A stretch of 64,000 bases of DNA from a virus (Duplodnaviria; Caudoviricetes): IMG/VR virus record IMGVR_UViG_3300025141_000018; one strand, written 5' to 3'. Positions within the stretch are counted from its first letter, which is position 1. Every line of letters begins with the position of its first letter. The translations under genes and the position numbers were made by a program. The notes under the pieces are model-generated. The model saw only the letters and a list, made by a program, of their open reading frames with translations. It did not search any database and had not been told where the DNA came from. Positions 7,724-17,940 of this stretch are shown here, one piece after another.

Positions 7724-9499
7724 TTATTCTAATACGAAGTCCTTTGTTACCTCGTATGTTGTAAATCCGTTTTCTTTTGTTACTTGTAATATATCTGTAA
7801 CCCTGCTTTGTAATTCGTCCTTATGACTTACAAGAAATACGTTTTTATTGCGTTCTCTTGACATTTTCTTTAATACTGCCATACTTGCTTCTACACCCAT
7901 TGTATCCATTCCACTATCAATAAGTTCGTCTATACATAACAAATTAATAGGATGATTTAGATTTTCAAACACATCTCTAAATGCCCAACTTAAACCTAGT
8001 ATAAGTCTATTACGTTCTCCTCGCGATAAGTTATCAAAGTCTAAATCACGTCCTAGCTCTGTAATTTCTACATCTAAATCGTTTTTAAACTTAACATTAT
8101 GTGGTAGTCCTAGATCTAACAAGTATTTTTGTAATTTACTATTTAGATATTTTAAATTTTGTTCAACAATAAGTTTACGTATATACGAATCGGGTTTTGT
8201 TAGCATATCCTTTAAAAATTCCCTATGAGTTAAATCATCAGTTAACTCGTTAAGTTTTTTAAAAGATACGTCAGTCCATGCCGAATCTTTTAAATTTTCA
8301 ATCTGTTCAGCATACGGATCAGTTTCCTTTTGTTTTGTTTCTAATTTTTCTTTTAGATTTTCTAAGTTACTTTTATGTTCATATGCATGTTGTATATTTC
8401 CATAACTTACATGTGGCTTTTCCATATGATTTCCTAAAACTACACTTGCCGCCGTAGCAGATTCGTGATCGCTTTGTGCTTTATCTACTTGTTCGTTGGC
8501 GTCTTTTAATTGTTTTTCTTTTTGCTTAATTAAAGTGCCATGACCATTTGAATGTAAATCTTGTTTACAGAGAGGACAACTTTTATTCTTTAGTTGTTCA
8601 AGGTCACTTAAAATAGAAGTACGAACATTGTCGGAATGTTTCAATGCTTTTTCTGCAAGGGATAGCTCTTTTTTCGTGGCAGTTTTTGCAGTGATCCATG
8701 CATTAAACTCATCTAGTAATTCGTGTTGTTTTAGTTCTTTTTCAATATCTATTTTGCTTAAACGGTCAATTCCTAATTGTAGATCGCTAATTTCTTTATC
8801 TTGATTTTTATTCCAAATAGTTGTACGACGTTCTAAATCTGCTATTGTTTTTTCTATTTTTGCATTTGCTTCTTGTTGTGCTTTAACTTTAAATTCTTCT
8901 TCTTTAATATTTGACTTTACTTCTTTGATAGTTTCTTTTAAAACATCAGCCTTTTCACTAAGTTGAGTAACACCTAAAATAAGCTCAATCATTTCTCTTT
9001 GTTCATGAGCTCGCAATGCAAGAAATGGTTCTGTATATGTATTAAGTGCAATTAGATGTTTAAAAAGTGTTCCGTTAATACCAAGTACTTTGTTTATTTC
9101 TGCTTGTGTATTACGTCCTTCACCTTGCATTTCATCTGTAGTGCCATTGTCAGTTTCATGTGCATCAACAATAAATTTAAAAATATTAGGTTTTCTACCA
9201 CGCTCAATTTTATAAAGGTGTCCGTCCTTTTCAAACTCAACGGCACACATCATACCTTTGGCATTTGTTTTGTTTATTAAGTTGTCCTTTTTAATACTTG
9301 TTAAAGGAACACCAAATAAAGCATAACTCAAAGCATTAATAATTGTAGTTTTGCCTGTACCATTACGAGATTCGTTTGAACCCAAATCTAAATTATTACC
9401 TAATACTAAGGTTAGCATTGAGTCATCAAATGTAACCGCTTGGGTTACATTACCTATACTCATAAAGTTTTTTACAGATAATGTTTTTATATTAAGCAT
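7724..9499 (-). CDS. gp46: Recombination endonuclease ATPase subunit (T4 gp46 / SbcC / Rad50)
   Basis: Walker A NGTGKTT, coiled coil with CPLC zinc hook, LSRGE signature, IDE Walker B, SH loop. Start taken at ATG 9499 (MLNIKTL). Confidence 0.95.
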   Translation of the reverse strand: MLNIKTLSVKNFMSIGNVTQAVTFDDSMLTLVLGNNLDLGSNESRNGTGKTTIINALSYALFGVPLTSIKKDNLINKTNAKGMMCAVEFEKDGHLYKIERGRKPNIFKFIVDAHETDNGTTDEMQGEGRNTQAEINKVLGINGTLFKHLIALNTYTEPFLALRAHEQREMIELILGVTQLSEKADVLKETIKEVKSNIKEEEFKVKAQQEANAKIEKTIADLERRTTIWNKNQDKEISDLQLGIDRLSKIDIEKELKQHELLDEFNAWITAKTATKKELSLAEKALKHSDNVRTSILSDLEQLKNKSCPLCKQDLHSNGHGTLIKQKEKQLKDANEQVDKAQSDHESATAASVVLGNHMEKPHVSYGNIQHAYEHKSNLENLKEKLETKQKETDPYAEQIENLKDSAWTDVSFKKLNELTDDLTHREFLKDMLTKPDSYIRKLIVEQNLKYLNSKLQKYLLDLGLPHNVKFKNDLDVEITELGRDLDFDNLSRGERNRLILGLSWAFRDVFENLNHPINLLCIDELIDSGMDTMGVEASMAVLKKMSRERNKNVFLVSHKDELQSRVTDILQVTKENGFTTYEVTKDFVLE

Positions 9500-9578
9500 T
9501 AAGGAAAGATCTCCTGGCTTTAGTCGCAGACATATTATCAAGTGCTATGAACACTCGTTTAGTTTGGTGTTTGTTCAT
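9492..9578 (-). pseudogene. 28-codon ORF resembling the N-terminus of OMP decarboxylase (PyrF)
   Basis: MNKHQTKRVFIALDNMSATKARRSFLNA*. The xxIALD motif resembles the first strand of PyrF. It bridges the 68-aa ORF and the gp46 start. Confidence 0.25.
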
Positions 9579-9765
9579 TATGTATATCGTTATAAATTAT
9601 CGAAAATATATTATCTACTTCGTCTTCTTCAATAATGACAAAATCACCTAAAACATCCAAGAGTACGTATCCACCGCCTTCGCGGTACTTACGTATTTCA
9701 TAATCTCCGGTATGTCCAAGATGATCCGAGACATCTAAAATTTCCATATGTTTTCGTAAATTCAT
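9559..9765 (-). CDS. Hypothetical protein (68 aa)
   Basis: ATGA-coupled to the gp47 stop and co-oriented within the operon. Confidence 0.55.
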   Translation of the reverse strand: MNLRKHMEILDVSDHLGHTGDYEIRKYREGGGYVLLDVLGDFVIIEEDEVDNIFSIIYNDIHNEQTPN

Positions 9766-10781
9766 AACGAATTGTAGATGCTTACTAATTTGTCGACTTT
9801 AATTGTTTCGCTCTTAATACATTGTAACTGATTTAGTACCACTTTGTCAACCGTTTCAAACTCTAATTCACCATCGGTAGTTTGGTCTTCTGTATAATCA
9901 GTATTTGTATTTGGAATCATTGTTAGTTCACGAATAGGGTATTTTTCTAGGTATATTTCCCTAATTTGATTAGCCTCTTGATACGTTATATCTATATCTA
10001 AATTGACTTTTAAATGCGATTTAGATTTTAATATATCATCTGCATTATCCATTAATGTGCTAAGATCAAGTGTTTGATATCGTGGACAGTCTACCCAATT
10101 TATGTATTCAGGAACACCTCCCCATTCTAATATCATCATACCCCTATCATCATCCCACGCATCAGCAAAGTTGTGTGGGAAAGCATTACCTATGTAATGC
10201 ACATTTGATTTGTTTTGTCGCTTATGAAAATGTCCAGTAAACACATATTCTTGATTAGGAAAATGTCCCATACCTGGTCCTCCATGATCGGGCATTTCTA
10301 CCATAGCATTCATTTTAAAACCGCTAAGTTCTAAATGCCCAAACATATATGGTTGTTTAAATTTAACAACTTTTTTCCATTCATTTTCAACAAGCCACGG
10401 AACAATAGCAACATCACCATCTTGTACTATTTCATTTACAATTTCAATATTTTTCCATACCTTGCCAAATGGAAGCGAATTAATCTCACGTTTTTCTCTG
10501 TAATACAGATCATGATTACCCATAATCATGTACACCTTTTCAAACGCATTGCTTAGTCGTTCCAAATTGCTTATAGTATAATTTAATGTTGAAACATTTA
10601 TTTGTGCCCTATGGTGATGCCAATCTCCTAAAAATATAGCAGTTTCACAGTCCCTTGCTTGTGCTTCGGTTATAAACCATTTTATAAATTCTTCACAATC
10701 ATCGTTATGCAAACGACTATTGTTTCGCATTCCAAAATGTATATCTGTAAAACATGCAACTTTTTTAAACAAATTTTTCAT
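9762..10781 (-). CDS. gp47: Recombination endonuclease nuclease subunit (T4 gp47 / SbcD / Mre11)
   Basis: DIHFG, GDWHH, GNHD, GHLE, GHFH metallophosphoesterase motifs. Adjacent to gp46. Confidence 0.95.
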   Translation of the reverse strand: MKNLFKKVACFTDIHFGMRNNSRLHNDDCEEFIKWFITEAQARDCETAIFLGDWHHHRAQINVSTLNYTISNLERLSNAFEKVYMIMGNHDLYYREKREINSLPFGKVWKNIEIVNEIVQDGDVAIVPWLVENEWKKVVKFKQPYMFGHLELSGFKMNAMVEMPDHGGPGMGHFPNQEYVFTGHFHKRQNKSNVHYIGNAFPHNFADAWDDDRGMMILEWGGVPEYINWVDCPRYQTLDLSTLMDNADDILKSKSHLKVNLDIDITYQEANQIREIYLEKYPIRELTMIPNTNTDYTEDQTTDGELEFETVDKVVLNQLQCIKSETIKVDKLVSIYNSL

Positions 10782-11620
10782 TTTTCCGGAACCTCTAATG
10801 GTAAAATTGATTCATCAGTTCCCCATTTTTGTGCCGATGCTTTCTTAGCCTGGAGATAGTCATTTAACTGTCTAGTGTAACTAGGATTATATCCATGTTT
10901 CACAAGTAAGTCATCACGTATGTTTTGACTCTTTTTCTCTAGGTTTAATATACGTGTAAAAGAGTTAGTTATAGCGGCTGTATAATATGCAAAAGGATTT
11001 GCCGATTTACTTTCATCAAACTGTAAACCTATTTGACTAAGTTGTAATAATGCTTGTGATCGCATTTCATCAACATATGTATAACCACGCCAGTTAGATC
11101 GCATACTGTAACGATCACATAATAGCATAAAACCTTTTGCTAATTCATCAGTAATATATCCGTGTACTGACGAAAAATGTCCATCTCTTAAATTGCCTTT
11201 CCAATGACTTCGTCCAACTTCAGTAAGTTTATCGTTGATTAATGTCCAATGTTTAAATGCTGGAAAGTTAACTTTAACATGGTAATCTGCTTCTGTCTTT
11301 GGATTCTTTTTTAGTTTTTCTTTTGGAGGGATGTGATCGTAACATGTAACTCTATAAATTACATGATTTTTAAGTTCTTTATCGGGGACCTTTATTGGTG
11401 GTTCTTGTGCCTCTAGTTTAGCCCTACGTATGTCCTTTGCGGCCTTAGTTGTTCTTATATTAATCTTGTCTAACGATGGTAAAATTATATCATAGTCAGA
11501 AAACTTTTCATCCTTAAACCAACAATAGGTTTTTTTAGATAAGTGTATCTGAGCTAGAAGATTTTTATTCGTTAGGTACTTTTTCGCGGCTTTTTTGCCG
11601 GGTGCTACTATTTTTTGCAT
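10778..11620 (-). CDS. gp55: Late transcription sigma factor (T4 gp55-like)
   Basis: YLTNKNLL, NWRGYTYVDEM, FDESKSANPFAYYT..ITNSF motifs. Canonical gp55-gp47-gp46 gene order. Confidence 0.85.
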   Translation of the reverse strand: MQKIVAPGKKAAKKYLTNKNLLAQIHLSKKTYCWFKDEKFSDYDIILPSLDKINIRTTKAAKDIRRAKLEAQEPPIKVPDKELKNHVIYRVTCYDHIPPKEKLKKNPKTEADYHVKVNFPAFKHWTLINDKLTEVGRSHWKGNLRDGHFSSVHGYITDELAKGFMLLCDRYSMRSNWRGYTYVDEMRSQALLQLSQIGLQFDESKSANPFAYYTAAITNSFTRILNLEKKSQNIRDDLLVKHGYNPSYTRQLNDYLQAKKASAQKWGTDESILPLEVPEK

Positions 11621-11649
11621 ATCAATCTACCTAATTTTGTGTTATATAT

Positions 11650-11678
11650 ATTATACACTAAGATGTGGTGAAAATCAA
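11650..11678 (-). promoter_or_regulatory. Sigma70-type promoter for the gp55-gp47-gp46 operon
   Basis: TTGATT - 17 nt - TATAAT on the minus strand, with TAGTG directly before the -10 box. Confidence 0.7.
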
Positions 11679-11680
11679 CG

Positions 11681-11688
11681 GATAAATA
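11681..11688 (+). promoter_or_regulatory. Late promoter core heading the baseplate operon
   Basis: GATAAATA ~21 nt upstream of the 11710 ATG, back-to-back with the sigma70-type promoter. Confidence 0.55.
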
Positions 11689-11709
11689 TCTAAAAGAAGA
11701 GATTACTCT

Positions 11710-12327
11710 ATGCGTATTTTTGAAGTTATAAAATCGAATATTGATGTTGCCGTTTTTTACGGCGGAAGATTTCAGCCAATGCATAAAGGTCACTATGGGC
11801 TATATCAATCATTAGTTGAGAAGTTCGGCCCTAATAACGTATTTATCGCAACCACTTTTGGCAAAAAACAACAACAAGCACATGCCGTAATGGACTTCGA
11901 TGCAGATCCTTTTACGTTTGAAGAAAAGCAATTTATAATTAATACAATGTATAACATACCAAACGAACGCATTGTTAATACACAACCATATAGACCTGAT
12001 ATGAGTCTAGTAGGGTTAAACAAAGAAAAAAATGCATTAATGCTTGCTTTTAGTGATAAAGATGCAGGTCGTCTTAAACCCGGTAATGTATTACGTAATT
12101 ACGAACCTGGTATAAAATTAGAACCAAACTTCATTGACGGGAAAGAACATAGAGCATACATTTATACATCAGCATTATTTCATGGCGGAGCAAATGCATC
12201 AGACTTTAGAAGCGGTATGCGAAAATTAGAATCTGATGATGCTAAGAAACAATTATTTGCACATTATTTTGGTAAGATGAATGATGCAGTATATAACTTA
12301 ATTAATGAGAGATTAAATGGCAGGTGA
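11710..12327 (+). CDS. Cytidylyltransferase-like (HxGH) nucleotidyltransferase
   Basis: YGGRFQPMHKGH motif, PFTFEEK, and a NASDFR tail equivalent to the SxSxxR motif. Confidence 0.75.
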   Translation: MRIFEVIKSNIDVAVFYGGRFQPMHKGHYGLYQSLVEKFGPNNVFIATTFGKKQQQAHAVMDFDADPFTFEEKQFIINTMYNIPNERIVNTQPYRPDMSLVGLNKEKNALMLAFSDKDAGRLKPGNVLRNYEPGIKLEPNFIDGKEHRAYIYTSALFHGGANASDFRSGMRKLESDDAKKQLFAHYFGKMNDAVYNLINERLNGR

Positions 12328-12946
12328 CACAGACCAACGGGCGTATCTATTACCACCGGAACACATAGTATCGATAATGAAAGAAAGTCCTATTTTTGAA
12401 CCTATTGTAAAATCAGGGTTTAAAGTAATATTTCCTTTTACGCCAACTATACAAGGAATACATGCCGCAGATTGGGGACCTATGGGAGTGACCCATACAA
12501 ATTATCAATACTATTCCTATCAAGGATCACAATCACCGCAACTTAATTTAAGTGGTCCATTCTTTAACCAATCACAAGAGGAAGCAAAATATTATTTGGC
12601 GTGTGTACATTTTTTTAGAATGGTAACCAAAATGAGATTTGGAAGATCAGATCCATATAGAGGAGCACCTCCGCCTATATTAAAGTTTAACGCTTTTGGA
12701 GACTTAATGTTTAAAAACATACCTGTTATTATTCGAAGTTTTAACTTTGAAATGCCTCCAGCAGTTGACTTTATAGATATTGGTATTGGTAAGACTACCG
12801 GAGGATCAACATATTTTAAACAACGTGTACCAACACAATCTAATTTATTTGTAGATATGCAAACACAATACTTGCCAGGGGCTACACTTGATTGGAACTT
12901 AGAAAAATTCGCTAACGGAGATTTAGTTAGGAAAGGGTTTATTTAA
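12317..12946 (+). CDS. Baseplate / tail-tube junction protein (gp48/gp54-like)
   Basis: FPFTP, HTNY, ACVHFFRMVTKM, GAPPPILKFNAFG motifs typical of contractile-tail tube initiators. Lies upstream of gp53. Confidence 0.6.
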   Translation: MAGDTDQRAYLLPPEHIVSIMKESPIFEPIVKSGFKVIFPFTPTIQGIHAADWGPMGVTHTNYQYYSYQGSQSPQLNLSGPFFNQSQEEAKYYLACVHFFRMVTKMRFGRSDPYRGAPPPILKFNAFGDLMFKNIPVIIRSFNFEMPPAVDFIDIGIGKTTGGSTYFKQRVPTQSNLFVDMQTQYLPGATLDWNLEKFANGDLVRKGFI

Positions 12947-13233
12947 TGACAAAACCAACAAGCCACTATTCAACTACAACTTCTAATAACAAATACCTCG
13001 ATATCTGGAACCCCCCTTCGCTACTAACAAAAACAGGTAAAGAGCAAACAGTAACAATCGAATCAAAATATGCAAATCGTCCTGATTTGCTTGCTTCAGA
13101 TTTATATGGTTCTCCTAGATTATGGTGGACTTTTGCATACTTAAATGCAGATAAACTTGAAGATCCTATATGGGATTTTAAGGCGGGTCTGGACATTCTT
13201 ATATTCGATCCAACTGATATAAGAAGGGTATAA
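12946..13233 (+). CDS. gp53: Baseplate wedge protein (gp53 / LysM-like)
   Basis: RPDLLASDLYGSPRLWW motif. Confidence 0.8.
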   Translation: MTKPTSHYSTTTSNNKYLDIWNPPSLLTKTGKEQTVTIESKYANRPDLLASDLYGSPRLWWTFAYLNADKLEDPIWDFKAGLDILIFDPTDIRRV

Positions 13234-13234
13234 C

Positions 13235-15475
13235 ATGGCCACCACACATGATGATGATGCACGTTATAATAAGGCTATAGGCGTACAAGCCAGAGGATTA
13301 TCTGGCAAAGGCAAAGGAAAGTTTCTCCTCGGTAGTATGCTTGATCGCTTTAATTATACATATCATCTTAGATTTACAATGTTAAATCCAATAGAATCAA
13401 TAGATATGGATCCTTCTTTAGGAGTTGTAATGGTTGAATCTGCAACAACTTCTAGGTACATTATTGATAGTTTTGAACTTACACAAACTGTTGGATGGGA
13501 CAAAGTAACCCGAAGTGCTTTTGGCGGACGAGGTACTTTAGTAATTACTGAATCTGGTGGAGCATCATATTTAGATAGTATGTTACGTGCCGCAACTCTA
13601 CTTAAAATACCTGATTATAAAGAAGCAACATATTTAATGGAAGTATCTTTTCCGACCGAAAGTCCATCTGATCCTATGCTACCAACATATAAGTGGTTAT
13701 TTAAAATTACAGGAATGGCAGTAAATGTTTCCACCGCAGGAGCCCAATATTCTATACAAATAATAGATGTATCGCAACATGCTATTAGTAGTACAGTCGC
13801 AATAATTAACGATGTTTTAGTTTTAGATAAACTAGAAACATTTGGAGATTTTGTTGACACTTTAGAAAAAGAATTAAATGATGCCCAACAAAAGAAAGTT
13901 AAAGTAACACAAATGGTTGCCAATGAATACGAATTTATATATCCTAAAAGTTGGAAATCGTGGAAATTAGAAAACTTAGATGCACCAGATGAAAATGATC
14001 CGTTTATGCGATCAACAAACGATAATACTAAAATACAATGTAAAGTAACAAAAGGAACTAACATACTTGATTTAACGGGTTTTGCAGTAGGTAATACAGC
14101 GGAGTTTCAAGGTTGGGTTAGTGATAAAAGTTCTTCTGGTGAAGCAACAGATAGAGATAAAACGGACGAAACAAAGTTAGATACAATTAAAAAGTTTTAT
14201 AGAATACAAACAGATGTAGAATATTTAAAGTATGATGTTTTAAGAGGCGAATATGCCCAGAAACTTACATATAAAATAATGAGCTACTTGGAACCTAGAC
14301 TAGATGCAGGAATGGCAAAAACATATGTTCCAAATATTGGTAATGCTCAACAAGCAAAAACCCGAGTAGACAAAATGCGTAAAGCAGGATTGCTTAAAAA
14401 AGTTTATGCACACTCAGGAACAGGTATAAACACAAATGTTTTAAACTTTGATTGTACAATGAATCATTCTTACTATTCATTACAACCTGTTTTTAATTCT
14501 GCTAGTATAGCACAAATACCTGGATATAAATTTGAACAAGGCGGAAAACACAAACAAAACAAATTATTAGATGACATTAAAAAAATAGATTCAAAAATAG
14601 AAAAATTACAATCAGCGGCAAATGCAGAAAGTTCGCCAGGCGTAATAGGTAGTAGTATAGCAAAAAGCCAAGAAGACTCAGTTAAACAACGAAATCAAAA
14701 AATGGACGAATTAGTATCAACCCCTTCAGTAAATGATGAGCCCTCAGTTCCTGCACCAACAAGTAATAAAGGACGAATGACAGGATTAACGTATGCAGAA
14801 TCATTTCAGGATGAAGAAGAATACTTAAATCCAAATAGTTTTCCTATAAAATTTATAGAAGATGCAAATATGGCAACTAATATGGAAGCATTTCCGGGCG
14901 GATCACATCGCGGTAGGGCATTTTTTAACACAACATATTTAAATTTAAGTAACAATGCAGATTTTGCAAAAATAGATTTACATATTAAAGGTGATCCGTA
15001 TTGGTTTGGAAGTCCTAATAGTATACGAGATAATGATTGGCATGATGATGAAACCGGTTTATATGCTAACTATGAATTAGGAAGTTGTGCTTTCTTTTTT
15101 ACAATGAATTTTCCGTCAACATCATTAGCATCAAGAGATTCAAATTCTCAATACGGTAGTCCTTCAGAAACAAATATGGAAAGCCAAGGAGTTAGCAATC
15201 CAACTCATCAAGGAACGGCTTCTTCTATGCTAACTGGAAAGGCTATGGCAAATAACGATACTTCAAGTAAAGGATTAACAAGTCCAGAACCATGGGTACA
15301 AGAAGCAAACGGATTAGAGGCTGTTTATCTAGTTACAAATATTATAAGTAATTTTTCTAATGGACAATTTACACAACATTTATATGGATTGCGTGATTGC
15401 ACAATTAATATATCTTTAGTTTATGACGAGTTAAAAGGCGACATAGACTTAGTAAAACAACATCAAGATTTTTGA
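13235..15475 (+). CDS. Baseplate hub protein (gp27-like) with large insertions
   Basis: Lies between gp53 and gp5. C-terminal IKGDPYW and YLVTNIISNFSNGQFTQHL motifs. Confidence 0.55.
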   Translation: MATTHDDDARYNKAIGVQARGLSGKGKGKFLLGSMLDRFNYTYHLRFTMLNPIESIDMDPSLGVVMVESATTSRYIIDSFELTQTVGWDKVTRSAFGGRGTLVITESGGASYLDSMLRAATLLKIPDYKEATYLMEVSFPTESPSDPMLPTYKWLFKITGMAVNVSTAGAQYSIQIIDVSQHAISSTVAIINDVLVLDKLETFGDFVDTLEKELNDAQQKKVKVTQMVANEYEFIYPKSWKSWKLENLDAPDENDPFMRSTNDNTKIQCKVTKGTNILDLTGFAVGNTAEFQGWVSDKSSSGEATDRDKTDETKLDTIKKFYRIQTDVEYLKYDVLRGEYAQKLTYKIMSYLEPRLDAGMAKTYVPNIGNAQQAKTRVDKMRKAGLLKKVYAHSGTGINTNVLNFDCTMNHSYYSLQPVFNSASIAQIPGYKFEQGGKHKQNKLLDDIKKIDSKIEKLQSAANAESSPGVIGSSIAKSQEDSVKQRNQKMDELVSTPSVNDEPSVPAPTSNKGRMTGLTYAESFQDEEEYLNPNSFPIKFIEDANMATNMEAFPGGSHRGRAFFNTTYLNLSNNADFAKIDLHIKGDPYWFGSPNSIRDNDWHDDETGLYANYELGSCAFFFTMNFPSTSLASRDSNSQYGSPSETNMESQGVSNPTHQGTASSMLTGKAMANNDTSSKGLTSPEPWVQEANGLEAVYLVTNIISNFSNGQFTQHLYGLRDCTINISLVYDELKGDIDLVKQHQDF

Positions 15476-15490
15476 AATGGATAAGGAATA

Positions 15491-16630
15491 ATGTCAGGAT
15501 CAATAGAAAGTGGTATACCTAATCGCTATAAGACAGGTGCAGGATTATATAATAAAATGTCCGGCATCTATATTGGCAAAGTAAAAAAGAATGAAGATAA
15601 AGAAAACCACGGCAGAGTCTGGGTATGGATTGGCTCAACTGGATCTTCTGAAGATGATGAACGCTATTGGCTTCCTGTTGTTTATACTAGTCCATTTGCA
15701 GGAGCAACAGATCAATTAAAAGTATCACCAGGTAAAACTTATAAAGCCACACAAAAAAGTTACGGCTGGTGGGCAACGCCTCCAGATATTAATAACTATG
15801 TAATTTGTGCATTTCCTGAAGGTGTGCCGTGGGGTATATGGTTTTCTTGTTTATATCAAACCAGTACAAATCAAACAGTACCGGGTATTCCTTATGATAC
15901 TACTACTGCTGGAGAGTTTCCGGCGGCTAACAAAAATAGATTATCGCAAGGTAAAAAAGATACAACATTCCCGCCACATGATATAATAAAAGCCGGACTT
16001 ACTACCCAAGGACTAGAAAAAGATAAAGTACGTGGACTAACAACTAGTGGAGCAAGACGAGAAAGTCCGAGTAAAGTATTAGGCATACTAAGTCCAGGAC
16101 AACATCAGTTTGTTATAGACGACGAGGATCCTGATAGTGGTATACGATTGCGTACTGCTAATGGTGCCCAAATTTATATAAATGATACCAATAATTTTAT
16201 CTACATTATTAATAAAGATGGTAGCAGTTGGGTTGAAATGGACGGTGACGGCCAAATCAATATGTATGCAAAGAATAATATTAACATACATAGTGAAGCC
16301 AATGTTAACATACATGCTAATCAAGATATACGTATGCAAGCAGATAATATTGTAGGTATAAAAGCACTTGCCGATGTACATTTAGAAAGTGTTGGCAAAA
16401 TGAATATCCAATCAGGTGATAATTTAATGATAACAACGGATGCAGATGGCAATATAAAATGTGCAGGCGGATATAAAGAAACTGCAAGTAGAATTGACAT
16501 GAACGGGCCACCAGCGACTGCCGCAACTAAATTAACACCTAATTCGTTAGGCGAAAATAAAAATGTAACGTCTAGCATAGCAGTAAAAGTTCCAGAACAC
16601 GAGCCGTGGAAAGGACACATAAATCAATAA
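15491..16630 (+). CDS. gp5: Baseplate central spike (gp5 / VgrG-like OB-fold plus beta-helix), no lysozyme domain
   Basis: GRVWVWI, SPFAG, SYGWW..PPD..N.V, GHQF-like GQHQFVIDD, IRLRTANG, beta-helix repeats, terminal HEPW. Confidence 0.8.
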   Translation: MSGSIESGIPNRYKTGAGLYNKMSGIYIGKVKKNEDKENHGRVWVWIGSTGSSEDDERYWLPVVYTSPFAGATDQLKVSPGKTYKATQKSYGWWATPPDINNYVICAFPEGVPWGIWFSCLYQTSTNQTVPGIPYDTTTAGEFPAANKNRLSQGKKDTTFPPHDIIKAGLTTQGLEKDKVRGLTTSGARRESPSKVLGILSPGQHQFVIDDEDPDSGIRLRTANGAQIYINDTNNFIYIINKDGSSWVEMDGDGQINMYAKNNINIHSEANVNIHANQDIRMQADNIVGIKALADVHLESVGKMNIQSGDNLMITTDADGNIKCAGGYKETASRIDMNGPPATAATKLTPNSLGENKNVTSSIAVKVPEHEPWKGHINQ

Positions 16631-17940
16631 TGTGGATAGGCACAGACTGTCAACAAGACGAAGTGTTTGATAAAGACACTTACACGTGGCCAACAGGACA
16701 AAAATATACTGGCGAATTTACAAAAAATCCAAATACAAATAAAAATAATCCACCAATGATTCCGCACGGCAATGGTACATGTGAATATCCGGACGGAAGA
16801 AAATTTGTTGGTACATTTAATTTAGGACAACCTGTAAAAGGAGAATGGAATGTAGCAACAGATATAGTACAGGATAACAAAATGTATACTTCTGATGGCA
16901 GAGTATACGAAGGAAATTGGAAAGACGGTAATGCTAAGTTAACATTGCATACGGGTACAATATATGAAGGTGTCTTTAAAAACGGAAAAATAATTAAAGG
17001 AACAATGACATATCCTTCTGGAAGGAAATGGAATGGTAAATTTGATGAAGATATGCAACGATATATTCATGATCCAGTAAAAGAAACAATAGTACCTAGA
17101 GGTAAAAGAACATACTATGGAGAAGTTAATAAATTTGGCGAAGAAGATGGCATAGGATATTTTACTATCGAAGATGGTACACAAGGAGCAGGCGAATTTA
17201 CTAACGGATGGTTATCGGGCATTTCAGTTTTACAAAGAGCTTCAGGAGAAACATATGCTATTGATAGAAAAGGCAACAGTAAAGAAGGACACGGCATTTA
17301 TGTTTGGCCAGCAAAGAATGCATACGAAGAAGATACATGGTATATCGGAGAATTTAAAAACGCAAAACCAGAAGGGTTTGCAATATTCAAAACAAGTTAT
17401 GGATATACATGGATTGGCGAAGTTAATAGATCGTGGATGCCAGTAGAAGGCCGCGGAAATTGGTTTAATAGATATAATCAGCCTGTAAAATTGCCTATAT
17501 GGATTGGTGGTGAAAAAAAGTTTGAAGGCTTTGGTACAAATATTGCTTCAAACGGAGTATACTATCAAGGAGATTGGGTTAATGGACAACGACATGGCTG
17601 GGGTATTCATACTAAACCAGATGGATATAGATATGAAGGCGAATTTAAACACGATAAAAAACACGGCAAAGGAATATTTTTTAAGGCAAAACATAATAGT
17701 GTCTACGAAGGCGAGTTTGCTTATAACCTACCTAATGGTTACGGAATACGTTATAACCCAGAAGGCCCAGGCGGCCCAGTTATACATAGGGGAACATTTA
17801 AAAACGGGTTGTACTACGGAAAAGGAGAAATGCGATTTAGTGATTGCACATCCTTTTTTGGCACGTGGAACAACGGTAAATTAATTAAGGAGGATGTAAA
17901 ACGATATGAAGAACACACAGGAACACAATACCCAACTTGA
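16630..17940 (+). CDS. MORN-repeat protein
   Basis: Many Y-x-G-E-F/W...HGxG-x-Y repeats. Likely start is ATG 16630, overlapping the gp5 stop (TAATG). Confidence 0.85.
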   Translation: MWIGTDCQQDEVFDKDTYTWPTGQKYTGEFTKNPNTNKNNPPMIPHGNGTCEYPDGRKFVGTFNLGQPVKGEWNVATDIVQDNKMYTSDGRVYEGNWKDGNAKLTLHTGTIYEGVFKNGKIIKGTMTYPSGRKWNGKFDEDMQRYIHDPVKETIVPRGKRTYYGEVNKFGEEDGIGYFTIEDGTQGAGEFTNGWLSGISVLQRASGETYAIDRKGNSKEGHGIYVWPAKNAYEEDTWYIGEFKNAKPEGFAIFKTSYGYTWIGEVNRSWMPVEGRGNWFNRYNQPVKLPIWIGGEKKFEGFGTNIASNGVYYQGDWVNGQRHGWGIHTKPDGYRYEGEFKHDKKHGKGIFFKAKHNSVYEGEFAYNLPNGYGIRYNPEGPGGPVIHRGTFKNGLYYGKGEMRFSDCTSFFGTWNNGKLIKEDVKRYEEHTGTQYPT

